Below, piece by piece: positions 18,485 through 27,424 of a DNA stretch of 49,902 bases; position 1 is the first letter of the stretch; each line of letters opens with the position of its first letter. Position numbers and translations under genes: made by a program. The DNA is taken from the NCBI GenBank assembly GCA_046292385.1, contig JBKBRF010000049.1, positions 1 through 49,902 of the forward strand. Direction: 5' to 3'. Under the pieces are notes generated by a model. It searched no databases and was not told where the DNA came from. It worked only from the letters and a program-made list of their open reading frames with translations. The stretch comes from Armatimonadota bacterium (GTDB lineage Bacteria > Armatimonadota > SYMT01).

Positions 18485-18545
18485 TCCGTCTCTCCGTCTC
18501 TCCGTCTCTCCGTCCCGCCGTCTCTCCGTCCCTCTGCCTCTCTGT
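18485..18545 (+). repeat. Octamer tandem array (CTCTCCGT)n
   Basis: Visible 8-nt periodicity directly after the composite repeat. Confidence 0.85.
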
Positions 18546-18786
18546 TCGGCAGCACAACAATGCTATCTGCGGGAGGAAAAATTCTGTTTCGTCAGCCAAC
18601 AATTCTCTCTGGTGATTCTACGGGGTTGCACCCCGTACCCACCTCGCCTACATGTCCTGTAACGATTGAGCTCACCGTTCACCCGCGCCGATGCGAGACG
18701 GGGGCCGAGGGGCTCCGGCGGTTGGGCGAGGAAGATTTCGTCCTGGGCGGGACGATGTGGGGGCAGGACCCCAGAAGGAGCTTGGA

Positions 18787-19215
18787 ATGTTTGTGAACGT
18801 GCGGAAGGCGCTGAAGCGCCGCAGTGGCTTCAGCCTCCTGGAAATGCTCGCGGTGGCCGTCGTGATCGGCGTGCTGGCCCTGATCGCCGTACCGGCCGTG
18901 CTGAACGCCGAAGCGGGAAGCAAGGACGCAGCCTGCGACGCGAACCGGGACCAGATCATCAACGCCTTCACCACCTACAAGGCGCGCAACGGGAACACGA
19001 TCAACACCTCCGAGGTGAACGATGTGAAAACGGACCTCGTCACCAACGGCTATATCAGCAACGAAGGTCTGCAAGATCCGGACGGTGGCGATCCCTACAC
19101 GATCACCATTACTCCGCTGCCGGCCGCTGCCAACACCGCCTACGGCGCTGCCTACAGCATCAAGGTCGAGTGCCCGAATACTCCGGATCACGGCGACGAC
19201 CAGGCTCTGTTCTAA
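18787..19215 (+). CDS. Type IV prepilin, probable major pilin
   Basis: Basic leader KRRSG|FSLLEML plus hydrophobic helix; two Cys; AAGGAG RBS; own terminator. Confidence 0.88.
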   Translation: MFVNVRKALKRRSGFSLLEMLAVAVVIGVLALIAVPAVLNAEAGSKDAACDANRDQIINAFTTYKARNGNTINTSEVNDVKTDLVTNGYISNEGLQDPDGGDPYTITITPLPAAANTAYGAAYSIKVECPNTPDHGDDQALF

Positions 19216-19234
19216 GCCCGCGCACGGAGTTTAG

Positions 19235-19266
19235 ACGCGCCGGGACCCAAGGTCCCGGCGCGTTTT
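19235..19266 (+). terminator. Terminator after the pilin gene
   Basis: ACGCGCCGGGACC-CAA-GGTCCCGGCGCGT followed by TTT. Confidence 0.8.
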
Positions 19267-19381
19267 GGCAACTAAGGCTGGCTGGACAAATCCCCGCCGG
19301 CCAGGTAAAGAAGCAAAGAAGAGGTTGGGCCGCGTGCAATCGCTCGACCGGCCAGAGCGATGCGGCGGAGGTGTGATTCCC

Positions 19382-20761
19382 ATGCTGGAGAGACTCCGAC
19401 TTCCAAAGGACGGACCCGCTCGCGCCGGCAAGCGCCGCGGGGTCTCTATGGTGATGTCGCTCACCATGATCACCGTGATGAGCGTGGCTGTGACCGCGGT
19501 CCTGCCGCAGGCGAACGTGCGGACCCAGGAATCGGAAACCGAGGTCCTGAAAGCGATCTCTCTCCAGGTGGCGGAAGCGGGGCTCAACTACGAGTCGCAC
19601 TGGATCGAGCACCTGATGGATCCGCACGTGATCGACCCGAGCGATCCCACCAGCGGCCTCATCATGGAGTACCCCACCGGCTCCGGCTTCTACTTTCGCG
19701 TGGGGGTGCTCTCCCGGGGCACCGGAGGTGGCTACCAGATCATCTCCCAGGGCCGGGGGGCCGCCCCGCTGCGCGAGCTCCAGACGGAGATGAAGCCGAA
19801 GCCCTACGGCGATCTCTTCGGCATCTTCGGCGTCAACAGCGTCGACGTGGGCGGGAGTGTCGCCATCACCGGCGCGGTGGGCGGCAACGGCACGATCACG
19901 GTCGACGGCAGCGCCACGGTGACGAAGGGCCCCGTCGTCAAGTGCGGAGCGAGCGCCAGTTTTCCGAACGGAGAGCCGACGGTCCAGAGCGCCGTCACCA
20001 GCCCGGCGGTCAAGAGCTGGCCGCTGCCGGTGCGGATGCCGACCGCCTCCGCCATCGCGGACTTCTTCTCCGGCTCCACCACCGGAATGACCTATTTCAA
20101 GACCAACAACAGCAACCGCGCGGCCACGACCGGCGGAAGCAAAGGCCTCTACCAGCTCTGGCGGAAGAGCAACGGCCAGCTCGTAGAAGAGCCGGTGTTG
20201 ATCTCCACCGACCACGTGCTCGACTCGGAGCTGCTCCGGCCGAAGGGGCGCAACGGCTGGACCTACCTCGGCACCAAGTTCTACCCCGGGCACTATTACT
20301 TTACGAAGATCGACATGAACGGCGGCACCAACGCCGCCGGTCAGGTGCTGATCCACAACGTCCCCTCCGCCACCAACACCGATCCTTACGTCGTCTTCTG
20401 GATCGACGAGACTTCCGGCATTACCTCGGACCTGACGCCGGCGGTCAACCTGAGCGACACCAGCTACCCCGGACGCTTCCGGATCTACTCCCGCAGCAAG
20501 GGAGGGGTGCGAATCAGCGGCCCGCAGAAGCTGACGCCGATGTATGGGAACATCTTCTGCTACGACCAGGATGCCAACGGCAGCGGCTACGGCACCGTGG
20601 AAGTGAAGAGCGGGATGGCGTTCCAGGGCTCGATCATCGCCCACAACGTCTGGATGCGCGGCGGGGCCGACGTGACGCACGTGAAGAATACCGGCGAGGA
20701 CCCGAACGGCAAGGCGATCCCGCCCTTCATGCTCAGGATGCAGGATTGGAACGAGAAGTAG
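19382..20761 (+). CDS. PilX/GspK-like large minor pilin
   Basis: KRRG|VSMVMSL lacking Glu5; AISLQVAEAGLN (PilX N-terminal motif); long beta-rich C-terminal region. Confidence 0.75.
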   Translation: MLERLRLPKDGPARAGKRRGVSMVMSLTMITVMSVAVTAVLPQANVRTQESETEVLKAISLQVAEAGLNYESHWIEHLMDPHVIDPSDPTSGLIMEYPTGSGFYFRVGVLSRGTGGGYQIISQGRGAAPLRELQTEMKPKPYGDLFGIFGVNSVDVGGSVAITGAVGGNGTITVDGSATVTKGPVVKCGASASFPNGEPTVQSAVTSPAVKSWPLPVRMPTASAIADFFSGSTTGMTYFKTNNSNRAATTGGSKGLYQLWRKSNGQLVEEPVLISTDHVLDSELLRPKGRNGWTYLGTKFYPGHYYFTKIDMNGGTNAAGQVLIHNVPSATNTDPYVVFWIDETSGITSDLTPAVNLSDTSYPGRFRIYSRSKGGVRISGPQKLTPMYGNIFCYDQDANGSGYGTVEVKSGMAFQGSIIAHNVWMRGGADVTHVKNTGEDPNGKAIPPFMLRMQDWNEK

Positions 20762-20809
20762 CGGCGCGCGGGCTCTCCCGAGCCGGCCGGGCACGAAAGA
20801 GGTAAGGCC

Positions 20810-21313
20810 ATGCTGCGGTTACCGCACCTTCTGAAGCACTGGGGCTCGCGCCGGCGGCGGGGTGAGTCGCTGGTAGAGCTCACTGCCTCGCTGACGATCT
20901 TTAGCATCGCCGTGGTCGCGTTCGGAAACCACTGGATCGCCACGGAGCGCAGTATCGACATGGCGAAGTACCGGGCGGCCCATGCCCGCATCATCGAGCG
21001 GCGGGTGGAGGAGCGCCGGGGTGTCGGCGCGGAGTACCTGCTGGAGAAGCCGATGGACTCCGATCCGGACCTCCATTACTACGACGAGAACGGGTTCGAA
21101 GTCGAGGGGATCGTCGCCAAAGGCTACTACACCAGGACCTCCGTGGAGTACCTCCCCAACAGCACGGAGTTCACGGACGGGACCGCCGGCCAGATCGGCG
21201 CGGACAGCCTCCGCGAGATCACGATCGAGCTCTACAGCTACGAGCGCGACACGCCGATCGAGACGACCAAAACCATGGTGGCGCCGGGCGGGGTCGCGCA
21301 GGACCTCTGGTAA
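20810..21313 (+). CDS. PilV/GspI-like minor pilin
   Basis: RRRRG|ESLVEL plus hydrophobic helix; C-terminal REITIEL strand. Confidence 0.72.
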   Translation: MLRLPHLLKHWGSRRRRGESLVELTASLTIFSIAVVAFGNHWIATERSIDMAKYRAAHARIIERRVEERRGVGAEYLLEKPMDSDPDLHYYDENGFEVEGIVAKGYYTRTSVEYLPNSTEFTDGTAGQIGADSLREITIELYSYERDTPIETTKTMVAPGGVAQDLW

Positions 21314-21345
21314 GCGTGAGAAGGCCGGGTACGGTGGGGGTGCAG

Positions 21346-21885
21346 ATGAGAACCGCCTGGAGCAGGTGCGGGTGGCGCGGGTGGCGCGGCAGGCGCGGCT
21401 TCACGATGATAGAGACCGTGAGCGCCCTGGCCATCGCGGCGCTCATCCTGGGGCCGATGGTGCTCATCAACTATCAGAACGCGGTGAACCTCACCCGCAC
21501 CCGCATCCAGCTCTCCCTGCAAAAGCAGATCACCGCCACCCTCGGGCAGGCGATCCGCCAGCTTCGCGAAGCGAGCACCATCAGCAGCATGGACTCGGCC
21601 ACCATCGACTTCGAGAACTACGAGGGCACCCGCTGTCGTATCTACCTCAGCGGCACCACCGTCTGGATCCGGCTGGGCGACGACGGGGAGATGGACCCGA
21701 TTGCGCTGGCCACCGACGCGAAGGCGTTCAGTCTGGAGTATTACCAGGTCGTCTCCGGCTCGCGCGTCGCCACCACCGATCCGGCGGAGGTGGACGAGGT
21801 GCAGGTAGGACTCATCCTGGAGGCCGCCGACGGCAGCAAGCTCCAGGGAGAGCAGCTCGTCACGCTGCGCCTGGCGCAGCGCTAG
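21346..21885 (+). CDS. PilW/GspJ-like minor pilin
   Basis: RRG|FTMIET plus hydrophobic helix; IRQLREA; ATG 21346 preferred, GTG 21316 possible. Confidence 0.75.
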   Translation: MRTAWSRCGWRGWRGRRGFTMIETVSALAIAALILGPMVLINYQNAVNLTRTRIQLSLQKQITATLGQAIRQLREASTISSMDSATIDFENYEGTRCRIYLSGTTVWIRLGDDGEMDPIALATDAKAFSLEYYQVVSGSRVATTDPAEVDEVQVGLILEAADGSKLQGEQLVTLRLAQR

Positions 21886-22061
21886 TCGCGAACGAGAGGC
21901 GATCCGGACCGACCCGGCTGACGGCGGCAGCCAGGCCGCCGTACTCGGAGAGCCTCCAACTTCCGGGCCGGTCGCCCGGGCAAAAGCACCTGCAAGCCGG
22001 CTCCGGAGCGGGAACGTTCCGGAGCCGGCTTGCGGCGTGGGAGAGGGAGTAACCCGGCGAT

Positions 22062-23765
22062 ATGCTGCCGATGTTTGCGGATCACGGGGTGGTGGGCCTG
22101 CTGCTCACCGACGAGTACCTCTACGGAGTGGAGATTAGCGTGGCCCGCGGAAGCGATTACCGCTTCCAGCGGCGCGCGCGCGTGCCGACGCCGCGGGGAG
22201 CCTACTCGCACGGAACGGTCACCGACGTCGACCTGTTCGCCCACTCCCTCCGCGAGCTCTGGCGCAGCGGCAGCTTCACCGCGAAGCACGTGATCCTCGG
22301 CTTGCCGTCCCACATGTGCCAGTGGCGGCGCCTCGATCTTCCCCCCGCGTCCCGGGACGAGCAGCTCCTGATCCTGCGCAACGAGCAGGAAGCGGACGGG
22401 ATGTTCGATCCGGAGCGCGAGGTGATCGATTTCATGCCGCTCGCGCTGCCGGCCGGAGAAGAGGGCACGCCGGTGGCGGTGGTCTCCGCGGAGGAGCCCC
22501 GTATCCAGTCGCTGCGACAGGCGCTGCAGGCGGCCGGGCTCGCGCTGGAAGCCGCGGAGCCGCTGCCGCTCAGCCTGGTGCGTCTCAGCGCGCTGTCGCT
22601 CAACCAGGACGACGCCGCCTGTGTGATCCTGATCTCCGCGGGCCTGGCGGAGGTAGCCGTGGTGCAGAACGGCGCCATCCGCTTCCACCGGCGAGTGAAC
22701 GGAGACTGGCAGCCGGCGCACCGCCCTAACGACGGATCGGAAGGAAGCGCGCCGGAGCCGGAGATGTTCTCCGCCCTCACCCAGGAAGAGCAGGCCCAGG
22801 GGCTCCTGATGGAGATCCGGCGGACGCTGCTCTTCTGCCAGCGGCTGGGACCGGAGCTGCCCGCACCCCGGCGCGCCTACCTGCTCACCGATAACCCGGA
22901 TCTGGAAGAGTTCCTCAAGGTCGTCAGCAACTCCAACTCCGCCATCCCCTGCGTGCCGATGGAGGCCCACCTGCTGCCCCATTTGCCGGTAGTTGCGCAG
23001 GAGCAGCTTGCCGGACGCGGCATCAGTGGCTACCTGTTAGCTTTGGGGCTGGCGCTGCGCCGCCGGGCCGATTTCGCGGAGACCGCCCGGCTCGACCTCG
23101 GCAAGGGCGACGAACGGCTCTACCTGGTGCGGAACGCGGCGGAAATCCGCACGCGGGCGCTGGTCGCCGGGAGCGTGTGGCTGGTGGTGAATGCCGCGCT
23201 CTGGTTTCTGGTCGCGGGACGAATCCAGGAAAAGATGGACGAGATTCAGCAAGTGAAGACCCGCGTGGAGCAGACGAGAGAGCAGCTGAAGCCGGTCTGG
23301 GACCACCTGGCGGTGGTGGAGGCCGCCCGGGCGGACCAGCGGAAGACGGAGATCTGGCCGGAGCGGTGGATGGAGGCGCTGGGCCGGCTGACCACGGACG
23401 ACGTGCAGGTCGACTCGATCGACGTGGCCGACGGCGTGCTCACGCTGGAAGTAACGGCCCGCAACGGCGCGGTAGCGGAAGAAGTTCTGGCCCGGCTGCA
23501 GACCGGGCTTCCGCTTAAGAATCCGAAGCCCCCCGCGCTCTCGGAAGGTGAGAATCGCAGGATGTCGGTCACGCTCGTGAGTCCGGTCGAAGGAGCTCCC
23601 ACGGAAGATTCCATCAGCCGCGCGCTGAGTCTGCGGCCGCTCCGGGAGGGAGCCACCCCGCGGGTGCGGATCACGCCGGACGCCGGCCGGGAGACCGGCG
23701 GCAGCGAGTCGCCCGCCGCCGCGCGCGGCACCCGGGCGAGTGAGCTGGCGGAGGTCCCCCGGTGA
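22062..23765 (+). CDS. PilM-like cytoplasmic domain fused to a TM and PilN-like periplasmic domain
   Basis: N-terminal PilM-like pattern (GTVTDVD...LRELW...VILGLP...LALGLALR), one TM, coiled coil, then a ferredoxin-like alternating pattern; position in the pil operon. Confidence 0.68.
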   Translation: MLPMFADHGVVGLLLTDEYLYGVEISVARGSDYRFQRRARVPTPRGAYSHGTVTDVDLFAHSLRELWRSGSFTAKHVILGLPSHMCQWRRLDLPPASRDEQLLILRNEQEADGMFDPEREVIDFMPLALPAGEEGTPVAVVSAEEPRIQSLRQALQAAGLALEAAEPLPLSLVRLSALSLNQDDAACVILISAGLAEVAVVQNGAIRFHRRVNGDWQPAHRPNDGSEGSAPEPEMFSALTQEEQAQGLLMEIRRTLLFCQRLGPELPAPRRAYLLTDNPDLEEFLKVVSNSNSAIPCVPMEAHLLPHLPVVAQEQLAGRGISGYLLALGLALRRRADFAETARLDLGKGDERLYLVRNAAEIRTRALVAGSVWLVVNAALWFLVAGRIQEKMDEIQQVKTRVEQTREQLKPVWDHLAVVEAARADQRKTEIWPERWMEALGRLTTDDVQVDSIDVADGVLTLEVTARNGAVAEEVLARLQTGLPLKNPKPPALSEGENRRMSVTLVSPVEGAPTEDSISRALSLRPLREGATPRVRITPDAGRETGGSESPAAARGTRASELAEVPR

Positions 23766-24301
23766 GATCCTCGGACGAGCTGAAAACCCTGCTGCTGCGC
23801 CACTTTATGCTGGTGATGATCGTCGGCGTGCTCGGCAGTACGATGCTGATCCACACCCCCCGGGTCGCGCAGCTGCAGCGGGCCTCGCGGGAGCATATCC
23901 AGGCGCTGCAGGGGTTGAAAGATCCCCAGCTGAAGGAGCCGGAGCCCGCGCAGCAGGCGGTCTGGCAGGAGGAGGTGCCGCTCAACGGCCTCCAGGAAGG
24001 GGCCGCCTTCACCGGCGCGATGCGCGCCCTGGCGCTGGAGGCGGACTGCGTCCTCAAAGAGTGCTCCCCGGGCGAGCCGGAGCCGGTACAGGAGCAGGAA
24101 GAGCTGGTGGCGCTCGAGGGTACCGTGGTGCTCGACGGCACGTACGACCAGCTCCTCACCTTCGTCAACCTGCTTCGAGAGCAGCAGCGCCTCTTAACCG
24201 TCTCCAGGGTTATCGTGAAACCGGCCGACTATCCTAAATTGAGTGCCACGCTCGGCGTGCGGCGTTATATTCGCCAGCCCCTCGCGGCGCCCGCCGGTTG
24301 A
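23762..24301 (+). CDS. PilO/GspM-like protein
   Basis: N-terminal TM; GTYDQLLTFVNLL...RLLTV motif; 4-nt overlap with the upstream gene. Confidence 0.72.
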   Translation: MRSSDELKTLLLRHFMLVMIVGVLGSTMLIHTPRVAQLQRASREHIQALQGLKDPQLKEPEPAQQAVWQEEVPLNGLQEGAAFTGAMRALALEADCVLKECSPGEPEPVQEQEELVALEGTVVLDGTYDQLLTFVNLLREQQRLLTVSRVIVKPADYPKLSATLGVRRYIRQPLAAPAG

Positions 24302-26382
24302 TCCGCCAGCCCATGAGCCTGTCGTCGCTATCCTCTGCAAACAGCACCCCGCAGTGCCGCGCCTTCGGAGCGGTGCTGGCGGTCCTACTTGCGGCCGGCC
24401 TGCTGGGAGCCTCTTCCGACGGTGCGAGCGGCGCCTCCGGATCGCGCTACCGCGGCCGCTATCGCTCGTACCGCACCTCCCGCTCCGCTCGCAGCCGGCC
24501 GGCGCCGAAGCCGAAGCAGGCCGCTCCGACGAAGAAAACGGCCGCGGCTCCCCGGCAGGGCACCGCGCCGCAGCGGCTGGCGCAGCGCCCACAGCCGGGC
24601 GCACCGGCTCCTCGCCCGCCCGCGCCGGCTCCTGCGCCCGCGGGCGGCCCCACGCTCTACTCCGTCTCGTTCTTCGGCCAGGATATCCACTCCGTCATCC
24701 GGGTGCTGAACGAGTACGTTCCGGAGGATATCGTCGCCTCCCCCTCCGTCTCCGGCACCGTCACGATCGCCCTCCGGGACAAGACCCTGGAAGAGGTGCT
24801 CCAGTCGATCACCACGGCGCTCGGCAGCGACTTCCTGCGGATCGGGGACACCTACTACATCGCGCCGGCTGCGGAGCTGAAAACGCTCGCTTCCAAGTTC
24901 GGGGATCGCCGGATCCTTGCCCTGCAGAACCTGACCGGAGACCGGGCCTCCACCCTGCTCCAGGAGCAGTTCCCGTACCTCACCGTCACGGCGGACGGCA
25001 CCAGCCAGGCCGTGATCGTCCGGGGGCGGGAGCAGGATATCGAAGAGGCGGTCGAGCTGCTCCGGCGGCTCGACCGGCCCGTTCCGATGCCCGAGCCGCC
25101 GCCGGTGGAGCCGGAGAAGCCGACGACCCGGCTGATCCGCACCAAGCGGCCGGCGAGCGAAGTGGCGGAGGCGCTGCGGAGCCTGGCGCCGGACGTGCGC
25201 CTCTCGGTCGTGGAGCCCAACGTCCTCTCCCTGGAGGCGGTGCCCTCCCGCCAGACGGCGTTGGAGAGCTTCGTCACGGTGCTGGATGAGCCGGAAATGC
25301 CGCCGCCGCCGGAAGCGCCGCGACGCGTGGTCGACATCTACCGGGTGAAGTACATCAGCACCCTCCAGGCGGTGGAGATGCTGGAGCAGTTCGTCCCGGA
25401 GCTCGTCGTGGACGCGGCGCCCGAGGCTTACGTCCCCCCGGTCAACCTTGGGCTCGGGGGGATCGGCGGCCTTAGCGGCGGCCTCGGCGGGGGCGGGGGC
25501 GGCGTGGGCGGCGGCCTCGGCGGCGGCCTTGGCGGCGGCCTGGGCGGCGGGCTCGGGGGCGGCCTGGGCGGCGGTGGCGGCCTGGGCGGTGGCGGCGGCG
25601 CCGGGGGCCAGCAGGGAGGCCTCGGCGGCGGGACGACACTCGAGCGCGCCAGCCGCATCGTCATGTCCGGCCTCGAAGAGCAGATCCAGTTCGCCATGCA
25701 GCTCCTGGAGCGAGCCGACGTCGCCCCGCCCCAGGTGGAGATCGACGCCAAGATCATCGAGGTGCGGGAAAGCGACTCCCGCTCGCTGGGAGTCGATTGG
25801 ACCATCGGCGGCGGCGTCTCGTTCTCGCCCCGGATCGGCTCCGGCCAGTTCGGCCCGCGGACCGGCAGCCTGGACCTGACCGCGCAGCTTCTGGCCGACA
25901 TCCAGGAAGGCCGCGCCCGCGTGCTCGCCAACCCCAAGCAGGTGGTGACGGAGAACGACAGCGCCTCGATCTTCATCGGCGACGTAGTGCGCTTCCGCGT
26001 GTTGAACGCGGTGACCGACGCCGGTCAGCAGATCTTCAACGTGCAGGAAGTCCCGTCCGGCATCTCCCTCTCCATCAATCCGCGCGTGAACGAGGACGGG
26101 GTCGTGACGCTGAGCATTGTCCCGGTGGTGAGCACCTCCACGATCGGAGCGGGCGGCATTCCCCAGTCTCAAACCCGCCTTGCGCAGACCTCCGTCCGCC
26201 TGAAAGAGGGCGAGATGTTCTCCATCGGCGGCCTGATCCGCGACGAGGACAGCCGCACCACGAACCGGGTGCCGCTGCTAAGCGACCTCCCGCTGGTAGG
26301 AAAGCTGTTCCGGGGAGACCGCCGTCTGTCGGTCCGCACCGAAGTGGTTATCCTGATCACGACGCGCATCATCCGCGACTGA
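24298..26382 (+). CDS. Secretin (PilQ/GspD family)
   Basis: QVEIDAKIIEV, ARVLANP, GISLSINPRV, IGGLI, VPLLSDLPLVGKLF, EVVILIT; start may be ATG 24313. Confidence 0.9.
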   Translation: MIRQPMSLSSLSSANSTPQCRAFGAVLAVLLAAGLLGASSDGASGASGSRYRGRYRSYRTSRSARSRPAPKPKQAAPTKKTAAAPRQGTAPQRLAQRPQPGAPAPRPPAPAPAPAGGPTLYSVSFFGQDIHSVIRVLNEYVPEDIVASPSVSGTVTIALRDKTLEEVLQSITTALGSDFLRIGDTYYIAPAAELKTLASKFGDRRILALQNLTGDRASTLLQEQFPYLTVTADGTSQAVIVRGREQDIEEAVELLRRLDRPVPMPEPPPVEPEKPTTRLIRTKRPASEVAEALRSLAPDVRLSVVEPNVLSLEAVPSRQTALESFVTVLDEPEMPPPPEAPRRVVDIYRVKYISTLQAVEMLEQFVPELVVDAAPEAYVPPVNLGLGGIGGLSGGLGGGGGGVGGGLGGGLGGGLGGGLGGGLGGGGGLGGGGGAGGQQGGLGGGTTLERASRIVMSGLEEQIQFAMQLLERADVAPPQVEIDAKIIEVRESDSRSLGVDWTIGGGVSFSPRIGSGQFGPRTGSLDLTAQLLADIQEGRARVLANPKQVVTENDSASIFIGDVVRFRVLNAVTDAGQQIFNVQEVPSGISLSINPRVNEDGVVTLSIVPVVSTSTIGAGGIPQSQTRLAQTSVRLKEGEMFSIGGLIRDEDSRTTNRVPLLSDLPLVGKLFRGDRRLSVRTEVVILITTRIIRD

Positions 26383-26390
26383 GGCTCACC

Positions 26391-27344
26391 ATGAAGCTCG
26401 ACGGCCTGGGAGAGAAGAACAAGACCCGCGAGATCGCGCTGCTCAGCGCCGCGGTGGTAGCGCTCGGCTACGCCGCCACCCGGGTGATGCGACCCGCCGG
26501 CACGCGGTCTTCCGCCGCCGAGCGCCGTCAGCCGTCCGATACGCCGCGGCTGCCGGCGGCGGAGGCGGGACAGCCGGCTCCGATCGCCGCGGGTGGAGAC
26601 GCGCTTCCCCAGCACGGCGGGCCAGAGCGCGGAGGCACCGCGGGGATGGTGCTCGCCAGCGCCGGCCGCGACCCGTTCCGCCCCCTCCCCCAGCCGGCCG
26701 CCCCTTCGACGGAAGAGGAAACGGCGTCGGATGCCGCGGGCGGCACCACGGCGGGCTCCCCCGGCGGGTCTCCCGGCGTGCTTCCCGGCCCGGAGACGAT
26801 GATCGGCAGCGGAGCGGCCCAGGGACCGCAGCAGCACGCCGTGACACCGCCCGCAGCGCAGCAGATCAAGCTCCCGCCGGTGCCCGCCACGCTGCTCGGG
26901 ACGATGATCGGCGGCGACCGCTCCGTGGCGATCTTCCGCCGCGCCGGCGAAGAGCTGGAGCTGCAGCGCGGCGGGAAGCTGGGCGCTTACACGGTGGTGG
27001 AGGTGCGCCACAACGAGGTGCTGGTCCGGAAGTACGGCACCAAGATCGTCCAGCGGCTCTACCCGGGCGAGACCACGGAGGCGCTCGGGAAGAAGCGGGC
27101 CGGCGGCTCCGTCCGCCTCACCACCGGCGCCCCTCGCGGCCGGACCTCCGCCCAGCTTCCGGCTGCCGGCGTGGTCCGCGTGACGATTCCCGCGCCGCAG
27201 CAGGCGGGAGGTGCCGCGGAGCCCGCGAAGGAGACGGAGCCGCTCCGGACCGCTTTCCCGGCCGGCGTCATCACCATTCCGGCCCAGGACGAGGAGCCGG
27301 CTCCGGCACCGGATTCCGCAGCGCCTGCCGATCCGGAGCGATAG
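26391..27344 (+). CDS. PilP/GspC-like accessory protein
   Basis: N-terminal TM, GRDPFRP motif, LLGTMIGG..SVAIF...YTVVEV strand pattern; follows the secretin. Confidence 0.55.
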   Translation: MKLDGLGEKNKTREIALLSAAVVALGYAATRVMRPAGTRSSAAERRQPSDTPRLPAAEAGQPAPIAAGGDALPQHGGPERGGTAGMVLASAGRDPFRPLPQPAAPSTEEETASDAAGGTTAGSPGGSPGVLPGPETMIGSGAAQGPQQHAVTPPAAQQIKLPPVPATLLGTMIGGDRSVAIFRRAGEELELQRGGKLGAYTVVEVRHNEVLVRKYGTKIVQRLYPGETTEALGKKRAGGSVRLTTGAPRGRTSAQLPAAGVVRVTIPAPQQAGGAAEPAKETEPLRTAFPAGVITIPAQDEEPAPAPDSAAPADPER

Positions 27345-27424
27345 GCGCTCCCCACGCGGAACGCTGCATCGACTTGTTCGGTCCGGATGCGGCGGGCCCC
27401 GCTTGCGAATGACCAGGAAGTCCC

